Source: Octopus bimaculoides (Eukaryota). From it: DNA of 64,000 bases. The position numbers and the translations under genes are program-made. Positions 40,954 through 54,689 of the stretch are shown here, piece after piece. The DNA is taken from the NCBI RefSeq assembly GCF_001194135.2, contig NC_068990.1, forward strand, positions 48,271,271-48,335,270. Direction: 5' to 3'. Numbering within the stretch: position 1 is the first letter of the stretch; the number at the start of each line of letters is the position of its first letter. The notes under the pieces are model-generated. The model did not search any database. It saw only the letters and a program-made list of their open reading frames with translations, and was not told where the DNA came from.

Positions 40954-41041
40954 CTACAGAAAACAAAAAACAAAAATTTATCACTGTTAATTCATTATTG
41001 AAATAGTTTATTAGTTTTGTTGGTCCCTGTGGCTTTCTTAA

Positions 41042-41313
41042 CCCTTTAACATTTGGACTACTCAGTCAAATGTATCACTTATTTTTTTCAAATTGTTTTG
41101 ATTAATTCAAAAAAAAATAAGTGATACATTTATTTTTTTCAAATTGTTTTGAATTAATCATTTATTATCTTGTAGCTTTGAGGCTTCTATGATGTGACAG
41201 TTTATTTTCAAAATTACATTGTAGGGTAGGTGTGAGAGGCTAGATCTGGCTGATTAAAGCAAAAGATATATAAAATATTTGGGCCAGATATGGTCAGTTT
41301 AAATACTAAAGGA
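41042..41313. mobile_element. piggyBac-type MITE
   Basis: Flanked by TTAA at 41038-41041 and 41314-41317; imperfect TIRs CCCTTTAACATT / AATACTAAAGGA. Confidence 0.55.
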
Positions 41314-41749
41314 TTAAAAGAAAGCACCGTTTCTTCATTCTAATTCTAAGTTACTTAGTTTTCTTTTTACATCATACATTTTATGAAAATCAGCACCATT
41401 TGTTATAGGTTTCCAGTGGACCAATCACAGGTTTATAGTCTTTCTTATGTAAGAGACTGATAAAGAGGAGCCTGAGTGGCTTGGACACAATAAATAACAG
41501 ACACATTGAACAGTTTGTGAATTTATGCCAACATTTCTTGGTGCTTAATAATATACATTACTTTACAAATAAAAGTAAATATAAAATAAATATAATAATG
41601 GCTTATGTGTTTTTTAAACAGCTATTAAGATATTTTCACAATGTAATTATTTTAGCTTCAACAAACAACCTGAGACTAAGCCATTTGCCAAATAAATACA
41701 ATTCTGAACTCAAACTACTTTTTGGTATGCAAAGCCAATAATTTTTTCT

Positions 41750-42128
41750 CTTTGTTATTGGACTGTGACCATGCTGAGCATTGCCTTAAAGGGTTTAGTT
41801 AAACAAATCAACCCCAGTACTTATTCTTTTTAAGTACTTATTCTATCAGTCTCTTTTTTTTTATAACCAAACTGCAAAATTACAGACATAAACAAACCAA
41901 CACTGGTGGAGAAACACATGCGTGTGTGTGTATGTGCATGTGAGAGAGAGAGAGAAATAGTCTTCCACACAGTTTCAGAGTTTCCATCTACCAAATCCAC
42001 TAATAAAGCATTGGTTGGCTCAGAGCTTTAGTAGAAGGCACTTGCCCAAGGTGCTACACAGTGGGACTGAACCCAAAACTATGTGGTTGCAAAGTAAGTT
42101 TCTTAACAGCATAGTCATGTCTGCATCT
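41750..42128 (-). mobile_element. SINE family A (degenerate, intronic)
   Basis: Co-linear with the other family A copies (ctaccaaatccact..., gtagaaggcacttgcccaaggtg..., gggactgaaccc). Confidence 0.8.
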
Positions 42129-42197
42129 AAAGGTTTTTATCACAAAATGTTTCCACTGGGAACCCTGATGAAAATAAGTTTATAGATACTTTTGTTA

Positions 42198-42467
<270 letters not shown>

Positions 42468-42627
42468 CTAAAAGAGAAAGGTAAGTGAATGAGAGACAAT
42501 TTCACAAATAAAAACATACTGTATTTTATAGAATAAGGGATGCACAGGCACATTAGATATACCACAATTTCAGCAGTATATGTTTAAGAAAAAGATTTTT
42601 AGTGCCTTATTAGCCCAACTTCACAGA

Positions 42628-42829
42628 CTGTATTTTCCGCACAGAAGTCAATGTAGTATATAGTGTAAACTTGTAGTTTAAATATTCAAATATTGTCACT
42701 ATCTTTCCAAATACTGAATTTCACATGAAATTTTTGGTTCTCCAAAGTTGTCTTGGTGTATAAAGTAACCTACCTTTTGAGTTGTAAATTTTGGTCTGAA
42801 AAATTTGGCTTGTGTGCTGGAAAATATGG
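42628..42829. mobile_element. Tc1/pogo-type MITE (same family as 49255-49433)
   Basis: TIR-like ends CTGTATTTTCC... / ...GGAAAATATGG-TA; shared internal gtaaattttggtct...tttg.cttg segment. Confidence 0.55.
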
Positions 42830-43005
42830 TAAGGACCTGGGGTGATCTTTTTGAGACATTTCATGGAGGAGAAAAATGTGTGCCATATTTGTCATCAAAT
42901 ACAGTAAATTAAATTTACGAAAAACAAGAAAATGTTTATAATGATAATTATTAATTTTCAGGTTGTTTTATACTCAAAAATGATAAATTACCAAACTGTC
43001 TAGAG

Positions 43006-44946
43006 CAAAGGTTCTCAACCCATTTTGGCCAAAGGCCCCCTTCTGACCCTTGGAGTCACCCCCCCACCGCTCTAGAAAATATTTTTATTTTTCAATATAC
43101 TACTTATTTTGATATTAGCAGGTAATGATTAAAAAATAAAGGACGTCATTTTACCTATGTGCTTGTATGCAGTCAGGAGTACAGATGTACAAATTGAAAT
43201 GTAAAAAAAACAAAAAACAAATAATGAATTGAAAGTTTGGTAATTGCATTTATTTCCACCATGCAACACTTATGAGATCAACATGTTGTCTATCAAAAGA
43301 GTGCTCTTTGGTACAAGTAAATGCCAATGAAATCATTTCAAACCTTTCTGATTTCCCTTATCAAAACTTGTGCAACAATCTGACATATAAGTTATTGTCA
43401 CCTGGGAAGAGGATTTTTTATGCTCAAGAAAGAGAGTGTATTTGATAGAAAATGTTGAAATACATATGTACTTCATAAAAGTAGAAAATTGTGGAGGATG
43501 GTATTCACTGTACTTGGATCTAGTTTGACTGAGCCACAAAATCAGCTTCCTTTTAAAATGATGTAAAAGAATCTGAAAATTTGTCATATTAAAGGTTCAT
43601 TAAAGGTTATTCAGGATCTAGTTTGTTTCATTCACAAAATCTGTATATTTAAAAGGAAGTAAAAAATCTGAAAATTGGTTATCTTGATGCAGTTTTCCAT
43701 GCTTATTCCTATGAAGCCATCAACTTCTGGAGAAAAAATTTGACACACACAAAATCTTTTTTTAATTTCTGGCTTCATAATACAGAATTTCCAAATAATT
43801 TTTTAAATACTTCAAAATCAAAATTGCGTAAATATGTGTGTCAGAAACAGTAGTTAAAAAATAAGAAAATAGATTTTGGGGAGATCTCTTATTATGACTG
43901 ACTTTTATTCCATTATTCTAATATCTTCACCACTCTTCCAATTTCATTTTTCTTCTTAAAAAGAAGGCTTTCATCTACTTGGAGCATATGTTGTACTACT
44001 GCATGGCTGTCTGTCTGCTAATATTGCTGATGGACATGCAGCATATCACTGGCATTTCACAAATAAAGTCCGGGATTATGTGAAAAAGTCTGGAGACTGT
44101 CAATTGACTCTCATCCATAAAAGTATTTAAAAATTATTTGGAAATTATAAAGAGAAACAGATGGTAGATTTGGACTGTCTGTATTTTAAAACCATAAATT
44201 TTAAAAAAATTGGTGGGAGGGGAGATTTTATTCTTGTATAATCATATCAATTCCATTATGCAGGAGTCAGAAAAGGAAAAAAAATTTGTAAAAATTCATA
44301 AAAATACAAAAGTTATGAGGTGTTTTAAGCACACNNNNNNNNNNNNNNNNNNNNNNNNNNNNNNNNNNNNNNNNNNNNNNNNNNNNNNNNNNNNNNNNNN
44401 NNNNNNNNNNNNNNNNNNNNNNNNNNNNNNNNNNNNNNNNNNNNNNNNNNNNNNNNNNNNNNNNNNNNNNNNNNNNNNNNNNNNNNNNNNNNNNNNNNNN
44501 NNNNNNNNNNNNNNNNNNNNNNNNNNNNNNNNNNNNNNNNNNNNNNNNNNNNNNNNNNNNNNNNNNNNNNNNNNNNNNNNNNNNNNNNNNNNNNNNNNNN
44601 NNNNNNNNNNNNNNNNNNNNNNNNNNNNNNNNNNNNNNNNNNNNNNNNNNNNNNNNNNNNNNNNNNNNNNNNNNNNNNNNNNNNNNNNNNNNNNNNNNNN
44701 NNNNNNNNNNNNNNNNNNNNNNNNNNNNNNNNNNNNNNNNNNNNNNNNNNNNNNNNNNNNNNNNNNNNNNNNNNNNNNNNNNNNNNNNNNNNNNNNNNNN
44801 NNNNNNNNNNNNNNNNNNNNNNNNNNNNNNNNNNNNNNNNNNNNNNNNNNNNNNNNNNNNNNNNNNNNNNNNNNNNNNNNNNNNNNNNNNNNNNNNNNNN
44901 NNNNNNNNNNNNNNNNNNNNNNNNNNNNNNNNNNNNNNNNNNNNNN

Positions 44947-44993
<47 letters not shown>

Positions 44994-45555
44994 TTGGGTC
45001 TTTAACAATCAGGGTCAATTTAAGTTCAGTCACATAAAGGAATTAAAAACTGCAACACAGCAATCATATACATGCAAACATACCCATACGCACACACACA
45101 AATACATACCTATTAGCCACTCCCAAAAGCCAGTTTGATCCAAAATTCTGACCACCATTCTTTATATATTTGCACAAAAACACACACACATTCAGCTCTT
45201 CACTTTTATTCATTTTTTTCTTTTAATCGTTTGTCACTGAATAGTGACAAATAGATGAATATCTATTTTTAGTTTTTGTTTTGGGGGTTTCACTTTAGTG
45301 ACACCAGTTATACATGGTACCAGGAATTTGCTTAGTATCGTCAAAGTGGAAAAAGTGCTTTTTTAGTTTTTGAAAATTTGGAACAAAAAGGCATGGTTTT
45401 CTAAACTGACTGTCGCAGAGATGTGAAAATATGGCTACTACTTGTTGATTTCAAATTAAACTTACCAAAGACGAGGGTCTTCCAGCGCCCCCATCAGTCT
45501 CTTAATGCTCCCATAGTGCCCCTTTGCTCCAAAACGCCCCCATTGAAAACCTTTG
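43006..45555 (-). mobile_element. hAT/Charlie-type transposon, degenerate, spanning gap 44335-44946
   Basis: TIRs CAAAGGTTCTCAACC / CATTGAAAACCTTTG and a perfect 8-bp TSD GTCTAGAG (42998-43005, 45556-45563), the NTCTAGAN target typical of Charlie elements. Decayed transposase-like sequence inside. Confidence 0.85.
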
Positions 45556-46794
45556 GTCTAGAGCTATCATAGGAAGTATTTCTATTTTAGAGTTTTATTT
45601 GAATTCAATGATTTTTCTGTGGTAAAAGTAGTAAATTGTTGAGAAAACTGAAATTTCATGAATGAAATTTAAAATGGCAAAACATATAGCATACACATTT
45701 AACCTTGAGTAGTTCATGAATTATAAAGAGAGAAAGAGAGAGAGAGAGTAACTGAGAGAAAAAAAACATGCAGTTACAAAGAACTATAATGAACAAGTGG
45801 GGTACTAAATTAAAGTTTCTTAGTACATGACTTTGATGATTGAGAACATAATTTGAATACACTTCACATTGTTTTCATTATAATCATTGTCATCATCATC
45901 TTTTGACATCTATTTTTCATACTGACATGAGTTGAATGGCTTGACAAGATTCAATGGGTCTGAGGACTCCAATGTCTATATCAGAAAGGTCTCCAAGGCT
46001 TGATACTCTTCCTAGTACCGACTATTTTGCAGGGTGTACTGGATGCCTTTTTTTTTCATGACAAGTACATTAATGAGGTCACCAAGCAGCTCACAAGATT
46101 AAGAACCCCTTCAACTGAGTGGAAGCAGCTAAGGGAAGAAGTTGTATGCTAGGAGACAAGACAATAAAGTATGAAAGAAGGAGCCAGGACAGATTTCTTT
46201 ATGTGGAGGAGCTACATGGTTACTCATGTTATAAAAGACTGTAATCAAGAGAGTAACCAAAGTGGAGCTGGTGGATACAAAATTGTGGTGATAAGATGTT
46301 AGGACAAACTCTTAAGGTTCAAAAAGGTGAACATAAGTGAGTGGAGATAGTGGGGTGGGTAGAGTTTGTAAGAGTGTATGGGGAGAGTGAGTGACAGATA
46401 AACAGAGAAAGATGAGGAGTGAATGAAGAACAAGGATTAAGGAGTGGTTATTTGTAATCTATAACATCCCTTTTATCTTCATGGCTCTCTCCTCTACTAC
46501 CCTCTAATTATCTCTCCCTGCTCCTCCTGTATTCCAGTTGATTTTTCTTTTAGTGACAGAATAGTTTAGTGAGCAAAATGTATCAGGGGCAAAGAAAGTT
46601 TAGAGAATTTATAAACCTGCTAGAAACAAAGGGTTTTTGTTTATATAGCAAAAACAGATTACATGGAGCATTGCTTAAGATCATGATGTTGCATGACAGT
46701 GAATAAAACTGAATCACAGTGATTGGAAATGAATAGTAGAATATGAGCCATTGTAAAAATGCTAAATGTAAGTAAATTCAGAAAGCAATTCGAT

Positions 46795-46985
46795 TCTAGA
46801 CCTTGCTTCCACACCTGAAACTACTCCTCTAGTTCTGATATTGACTCAGCTATTAGAGCAAGGTCATCAGCACAGAGAAGCTCCCAGTGGCATCCTGTCT
46901 TGAATTATTGCCTGGAGGACTATGATGAATAAGAGGGGGCTGAGGACTGATCCTTGGTGGACCCCTACCCCTACCCAGAAAGAAA
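46795..46985 (-). mobile_element. RTE LINE RT fragment
   Basis: Minus translation VGVHQGSVLSPLLFIIVLQAI followed by a decayed YADD region. Confidence 0.8.
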
Positions 46986-46994
46986 ATCCATCAG

Positions 46995-47840
46995 CTTGTG
47001 CATGAGGACCATCAGAGGACAATCAACGACATTGCTGGTTTGTCATATGGGTCCATGCAGGCAATCTTAACAGCTGAATTGAACATGTGGCATGTCTCTG
47101 CCAAGTTTATCTCCCACCTGCTGACCACTGAGCTAAAAGAACATCACATTGAAGTCAAGATTTCCATCAGCATGTTCCTGATGACCCATCCTTCATGTCA
47201 AGGATCACCACTGGTGATGAGAGTTAGGTCTATGGATACAACCCCGAGATGAAGCAGCAGTCACCACAACGGAAGTGTTCTTCATCTCCACAACCAAAGA
47301 AGGCATGACAGAGCTGCAGCTCAATCAAGAGCATGCTCATCGTTTTTTTTTTAGACATCCGCAGTATTGTGCATTGAGAATTCTTCCTCCAGGGCCAGAC
47401 TGTCAACTGTGATTCTATTTTGACATTTTGAAGTGTTTGAGGGAGGACATTCAGCAAAAGCAGCCAGATCTGCAGAGCACAAGAGATTGAATACTTCTCA
47501 ATGACAATGGATCCTTCACTCATGAGTTTCTCACCAAAAACAACATGGTATCACTTCTGCACCCACCCTATTTGCCAGATTTAGCACCTATGGACTTCCA
47601 TCTCTTCCCCAAGATGAAAATGTAGCTCAAAGACCACTGTTTTAACACCATTGTCAAGATCGAGAGTGAATCACAGGAGGTCCTTAACTCACTTATGGAA
47701 AACAACTTCCAGGCTGGATACCAAAAGTGGTAGAAATGCTGGGACTGGTGTAGTGCTGTGACTATTTCAAAGGAAATGATTTAAAATAAGTTATTTTTTA
47801 TTAAACATAACTAGTCCAGGAATTTTTTGATACCACCTCA
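46995..47840 (+). mobile_element. Mariner transposon, 5'-truncated and degenerate
   Basis: Remnants GLSYGSMQAILTAELNM..VSAKF, RITTGDES, HPPYLPDLAPMDFHLFPKMK. The right TIR ...TTTTTTGATACCACCTCA is followed by TA at 47841. Confidence 0.88.
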
Positions 47841-47915
47841 TATAATGCAGGATCGCAGAGTAGTTCAATTCCTGACAGTGTGGAAAAGTAATACTCACAA
47901 GATAATAATAATAAT

Positions 47916-48487
<572 letters not shown>

Positions 48488-49254
48488 TTAGAAAATCATA
48501 TTTGAGGAAACATTATAAAAATGCCTTCACATTATTAAGTAATAATTTTATGAGGGTTCTCAATTTCTAAAACAACAACGGTCTTTTTTTTTTTTTTAAG
48601 TACAGTTTCTATTATCAGTACCTCTAATATCTATATACCCCAAAAATGTTTAAATCATTACATTTAAGGCAAATGGAAATAATAAGTTTTAGATCATAAG
48701 AATTACATATCACTCCAGGCATTTTAGGTAAGAAAAAAAAAGAAAAAAGTATTATCACTATACACCGTTATCCATTTTCATTTCGTTACACATTTAAGAT
48801 TGGTTCTTGGATTTTAATCCCACTTAATAGAGCCCTAAGCCATAATGACATAGGTTAAAGAAATGCAAAATTGTACACCAGGCAAAATTTATAAATTGTT
48901 GTCATTAGTGGACAAATTTGAAAATTAATTAGTCAATTGACATAAGACTAGCACTGTGATACCCACCTCGAAAGGTCTTTCCAAATACATACTGAATCAA
49001 CTTAACTCCAAATATTTGAGTTGCATAGCTCATTTCAGCAGAAAATTGCAATGAGTTTTGAAATGTACACTGTTTTTAAGATATGGAAAGCTTTAGAATA
49101 AACTTACATAGTAAAATCACTCACACTCAGATAATTTTGTGATCAATAAACAACTTTTACACAATATTTCACTAATCCTATATGAAGTAATATGAATATA
49201 TATTTATAAAAATAAATATATACAATCAAACAAAGGCAAGATATTAGAATTGTA

Positions 49255-49433
49255 CTGTAGTTTCCAGCATACAAGTTGATGCAGTATATGATGTGTCACT
49301 ATTTTCCCAAATCCCGCAACATTTCACATAGAAATTTTAGTCCTCCAAAGTCCTCTTGGTATATTAGTCAACCTGCATATTTTGACTGTAAATTTTGGTC
49401 TCTACAATTTGACTTGTTTGCCAGAAAATACAG
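49255..49433. mobile_element. Tc1/pogo-type MITE with TA TSD
   Basis: TA-CTGTAGTTTCCAGCATACAAG ... CTTGTTTGCCAGAAAATACAG-TA. Confidence 0.65.
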
Positions 49434-49461
49434 TACTTCAAAGTAAATAAATATTTCTTAC

Positions 49462-49646
49462 GGATCTGATTTGTTCTTCTTGACATCAGCAGGGGCTAAA
49501 TTACGACACTGCTTGACACGAATTTCAAGGCAACTTGTCTTATAGTCATAGTCCAAACCAAACTGAATGTCGCCAGTCACATTTATTTTACCATAGTTGA
49601 CTTCACCGGCATTGCTGTAGTAACTGCTTAGACTGTCACGGCTTCC
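49462..49646 (-). CDS. SYTL4/5: Synaptotagmin-like protein exon (start of C2A)
   Basis: tttcAG|GGA...CC|GTaaga, phase 0 to phase 2. Encodes GSRDSLSSYYSNAGEVNYGKINVTGDIQFGLDY...RNLAPADVKKNKSDP, like the Slp4/5 S.YSEAG.FG.I.VTG.I.F.L.Y motif. Confidence 0.96.
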
Positions 49647-50084
49647 CTGAAATGAGATGATTTTAATTAGCATGATACAAATATAATAGAGAAGAATAAG
49701 TGAAGTGATGGATTGATGACGATGAAGAGGCAATATACAAAATAGTTGTTTGTATTTTTTTTTAATAATTGATTCATTAATATAGAATAGAATTATAACC
49801 TACCTGAGTGAAAAACAGCAGAATGCATGGAGAGGAACAATTCAACATTTAAGAAAAATTCAACATTTAAGAACTTCTTGTGAGAGTGCAATTTGTTGTT
49901 TTTTTCAGAAACAACAAATGGTGAAAGCAGGTTACTGATATAAAACAAATTCATTACAAAAAGTTGATGAACCAAGTGCAAAATTAAGAGAGGAGAAAAG
50001 TGGGTCCAATGTTGGAAGGTTCAAGTGTAAAGGAAAATTTAAAACCTTAAACCTGTGCATAAATTATTTATCCAGAAGTGACTC

Positions 50085-50290
50085 TAGGTAGGCTGAAGGT
50101 GATGTGAGCAAACAAGATTATTTTTTTACCAAAAGATGGTTATAAGTAGGTTGAAGGTGATGTGAGAGAACAAGATGTTTTTTTTTTGCCAGAACAAAGT
50201 GGTTATAAGTAGGCTGAAGGTGATGCGAACAAACAAGGTTTTTTTTTTTTTGCCAAAAGGTGACTATAAGCTAAAGATAATGTGAGTAGA
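50085..50290. repeat. Degenerate ~62-bp tandem repeat, about 3.5 units (intronic)
   Basis: The unit ggttataagtaggctgaaggtgatgtgagcaaacaagat(t)ngccaaaa recurs. Confidence 0.85.
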
Positions 50291-50458
50291 CAGGAGCAAG
50301 CAAAACAGAGAAAAGCAGGAAATTGCCAGCTATCTCTTCTCCAGAAAGCTATTTTGTGTTTGTTATGTTTTGTTTGTATGTCACTGTAGCCAATCAGCTC
50401 ATATGAAGGCTTATTTGTGCTTCGGGTGTAAAGGAGGGAGATCAACCATTTCTCTTAC

Positions 50459-50575
50459 CATCGATGATGTCAAGCCAAGACTGGAAGACATGCTCTGTCC
50501 ACTGCGTATAGATTGGCTGCCTTTCATAAGAAAATCGTGGTTTTCCCCATCACTTTCGCCATGAGTCGATGCTAA
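50459..50575 (-). CDS. SYTL4/5: Synaptotagmin-like protein exon (Ser-rich pre-C2A linker)
   Basis: ttttctttctggcctcAG|TTA...ATG|GTaaga, phase 0/0, 39 codons LASTHGESDG...SMSSSLGLTSSM; phase fits both neighbours. Confidence 0.88.
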
Positions 50576-53023
50576 CTGAGGCCAGAAAGAAAAATTCCAC
50601 AATAAAGAAACAGGTCTACCAGTTGGTTACCGCTACTACTAGTTTGATTAACAATTTCATCATGGAAGAGCCATTTAAAAATACAGACAAACTCTTGAAT
50701 TCACCTTTCATTTATTTCATGAGATGTCAATATTTTCATCACACAGCTGTGAGCTAGTCACTGACTAAGCTCCAGGTTGCCGTGATGCAGTGAAAACTTC
50801 AACACCACATGAAATGAATTAAAAATGAAATAAATTAAAAGTGAATTTAACAGTTTTTGTGTGCTTTAGATGGTCAAAATGGCTCTTCCATCATGTAATT
50901 GTTTCAGTTTTCAACATGAGGTCTCAGATCAAGTCACTTGCTAGACAAGTACAACTCCGAGTGAGATACAAACTAGTGAGATACATTTACTTGAAATATG
51001 TCTCTTCAACCATTTTACATTCTCAGATTTATCATCAATAAACAATTTAAAACACTAACTGTTTATACTTTAAATCATAATCCTGAAAGAAAACATCAAG
51101 TTAAATACATCTCACTTGAAATCAAGTGACTGACAATTTCTGAAATTTTTCACATTCAGGTAATTTACCCTTTATTTTATTTACACACACACATGCATCC
51201 ACCCACTCATACACACATCCACATACACATGTTCACATATACTTGCTCAGTCATACATACATACTCACAGACATCACAAATGACTGAGTAAAGTATTTGT
51301 AGACTAGATAGCATTAGACTCCAAAGTGGTGCATTGCAAGAGGTATCTAGAGGTGCCATGGATCTTTAAAAATATAATTTAAGGCTTCAGAAAATTTATA
51401 TTAATACTGGAGTGTCTTGAAAATTTTGTTATAATTTACACACAAGTATGATTAATAAAACAAAGTAAGCAATAGATTTCTACATTTTTCTAACATTATT
51501 TTAAACTTTAAGCAATTCTTTAAAAAAATTTCATGCAAATGGACCAGTAATTATTTTTATGTGATCTCGAGAACATCACAAATTGAAAAAGACTGAGAAC
51601 CCAGGAGAAGAATATTAATGCAGAAGTTAAAGTACTTTAATGCATTAATTAATTTTCACAACACTTCAATTATTTATGCAGTGAGTTAATAGCACAGAAT
51701 TGTATCATGTTATTAGACGCAGTTCAGTTGTGACATTCAATGTGAGTAGGTGATTTAGAAGAAGTGAGTCATGTCAGTTGTACTTAATCATATTATTGTG
51801 AAGAATACATTATACTTACAACACTTCATCAGAAGGTGTAATTGAACTCAACTCATTATATGTGGTAGATGAACTCTCAGTCAGTGCTGATTGAGCAAAC
51901 TGATCATCAAAAACTTTCCAGCCATCATGTCTTTTAAAAGTGTGTCTAAGATTACATTATGTTATGTAATCCTAGATATCCCTATCTTTTCTAAAATAGT
52001 ATTCTTTGAACAAACCGATGTTCAAATACATTCTCATTCTGTCTTTTCAGAAGTGTTTAGGATTATATCAGATTAAGCAATCTGAGAGATCTCCATCTTT
52101 TCCAAGATAGTAGAGTATGATTTTAGGAAGATTTCTGACTACTGTTTCTAGCATGTTAAGCAACTACATAGAGACTGGTTCAATAGCTTCCTGTTATGGA
52201 ATTAAATGCAAGTTCTTTCTAACAAGAATGTCAAGAACTCACTCATGTCCAGAAAATTATTGTCGTTGACTCCCAAGTAAGCCTCAATTGAGCTGATCTA
52301 TTGGTCTAAGACAATCCAGCCATAACGATCTTGCCTTATTTTCAATCATAGTATAGCTATTATTATTCCATATCACCTACCTTATTTTAAGACAGAATAT
52401 GGTCTGAGAGGTTTGATTGCTATTTCTTGTAGGTTCAGTGACCATATAAGAACCTCATTTTTGGCTTGTGCTATCAGCAATGTTATTGCTTAAGATTGAC
52501 CTTTTCCAGTTATAAATTTTAATAATATCAATAATAGCTTTTAAATCAAATGTACCTCAATACACTGAATCAGTAGTGTATTGGAGTAAATGCAATTTTA
52601 ATGTCCAGTTACAATCACTTTACATTTAAGTTCAAATCCTAGAGGAATTGCTTTTGCTTTTCATCCCCCAAGCATTGATAATAGAAGTATACTAGTTTTA
52701 AATTATTGAAACTCTTCCTTTGGACCAACATAAGAAATCAAAAGCAGCCTTTCTTAAAATACAACCTCAGTTTAAATTCCTTTTAATATCTTCTTTCATT
52801 GTCATCCTGTTTCAATGCCTTTGAACATCATCATCATTCAGCGTTTTCTAGTATCAAATCCTCTAGTATCAAATCTCTTTCACTGTTCTGATCTATCAGT
52901 TCCAATCTATGTCACCTTATACCCCATATCCTGTTTTACAGCCAATCCCAATTTTAGTGCCTACAATATCTCTCCCACCCCCAGAGACCTTACAGAAGTA
53001 AATCAGTCAAAGCAAAAACTCAC

Positions 53024-53220
53024 TCCTTCAGCTTCTGATATTGTGATTGATGGTAAAGATGGGTCTATATCTAATCTACGTTTGCTTCCATTGGTTCGGT
53101 GGTCTGGTGTAGTGTGAACTGAACTGCTGTCACTTTGTTGATCATACATATAGCTCTGATTGCTGATTTCAGATCGAGCATCCTCACTGCTTGCTTGAGA
53201 TGCATGCTTTTGTTTCTTCC
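53024..53220 (-). CDS. SYTL4/5: Synaptotagmin-like protein exon (linker)
   Basis: ctttgtatttttAG|GG...GGA|GTgagt, phase 1 to phase 0. Open frame (G)KKQKHASQASSEDARSEISNQSYMYDQQ...PSLPSITISEAEG. Found by manual translation; not in the ORF track. Confidence 0.8.
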
Positions 53221-53383
53221 CTAAAAATACAAAGAAATTAAAGGTGAAATAAATTCTAAATAACAGAAATCAATATAAGCAGAGTAATGAATTAGTTATG
53301 CAATTAGCTTATTCTTTTGTTTTATTAATTAAATCATAATTTAATTAATTTACACTGGCTTTTCCATGTTGGAATGGGTTATA

Positions 53384-54256
53384 TGAGGTCTGATCAATAT
53401 GTATCCAGACTGTTGCCATAGTAACAAAGCTAAAGCACACAAAGTGAATTCACTTGGCAAAGATTGACATTAAACTCTGCTCTGCATGTGCATTAACTTT
53501 TAACATTCTAGCTCATTTCCACTGTTTACAGCAGTGATTGGCAGGAAGGTGTGTAATGTGTGATCGTCGCATTAACCATGACACAGAAAGTTGTTATGGT
53601 GATATCTACTCAGAGGCCTATGCAAAGTTGCAGAAAGTGTATAGAGAGGAGTGTATGAGCCACACACAAGTGTACGAGTGGTTCAGACATTTCCAAGATA
53701 GCTGAAAAATATTGATGAATGTTCTGGGAGACGCACAACCAGTAGAACTGAGTAAAATATCGCAGATGTGCATGCAGCTGTGAGGGGAAATCGTCAAATC
53801 ACCATCCGGGAGTTATCAGAGGATGAGCAGATTAGTTACGGTTCAGTTCAGTCCATTATCACTGAAGATTTGGGCATGAGATGCATGTCTGCCAAGTTTA
53901 TGCCAAAACTGCTTTCAGCTGACCAAAAAGGCACTTGGGTTTCAGCTGCACAAAATCTCTTTGATTGTATCAAGATTGATGAAAACTTTTTGAAAACTTT
54001 TGCATAGGCCTCTGAGCAGGTATTGCCAAGCTTTTGACAAAATTTGGTGCAGATTCTCAGTCATGGTCAATGCAAAGAATACATGCTACACACATTACTT
54101 TCGAGCACTGCTGTAAACAGTGGAAGTGATCTAGAACATTAAAACTTAGTGTGCATGCATAGCAGAGTTCATAGTCAATCTATGCCAAGCAGCTTCACTC
54201 TGTGCCTTAGCTTCATTATTATGGCAACAGTCCGGATACTTATTGATCAAACTATG
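53384..54256 (+). mobile_element. Mariner element with both TIRs, catalytic domain deleted
   Basis: TIRs TGAGGTCTGATCAATATGTATCCAGACTGTTGCCATA / TATGGCAACAGTCCGGATACTTATTGATCAAAC. Only the N-terminal region is left (QVYEWFRHF...NRQITIRELSED..ISYGSVQSIITEDLGMR..SAKFMPKLL). Confidence 0.88.
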
Positions 54257-54689
54257 TGTGGACCATCATGGTTTGAGTCAGTTTTTATTCATCACTTCTA
54301 ACCCTGAAAGACAGGTTGACAAGCCCTGTCTCCTCTGTATGATTTCTTTCTGGCTTGGTTTCTTTGGCTTATTGCTCTTTCTACAAACATTCGGTCAACT
54401 CCCAATGGCTGTGAACTTAATCAACTGAACTACTGTGCAAACAGATAGCTATATTATGTTTGCTTACTTTTAATTACCTGATTGGACATCCAGTTGTTAA
54501 AAAGGTTGAAAAAAGCAAAATTCCAACAATTCATAAACAAATTCCCAAATTTTCAAAGATTCATGCAAGCATGGAAAACAAAAAAGAAACAAATGCAAAA
54601 ATAAATGAAGAAAAAAAGCAAATTTGTTGTGATTCTTCACTTATTTGGTTTACCATGAGATCATAACTTTATGATATACGTACAGAAGT

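Noticed and set aside
49795-49825. AG|GT junction on the sense strand (UUCUGCUGUUUUUCACUCAG|GUAGGU), resembling a recursive splice site or alternative acceptor
   Set aside because: The intron is only ~0.8 kb. Use as an acceptor would add 157 nt, shifting the frame, and there is no supporting evidence.
52815-53117. 100-aa plus-strand ORF
   Set aside because: It overlaps the antisense of the Slp exon 53024-53220 and adjacent intron, with no recognisable motif.
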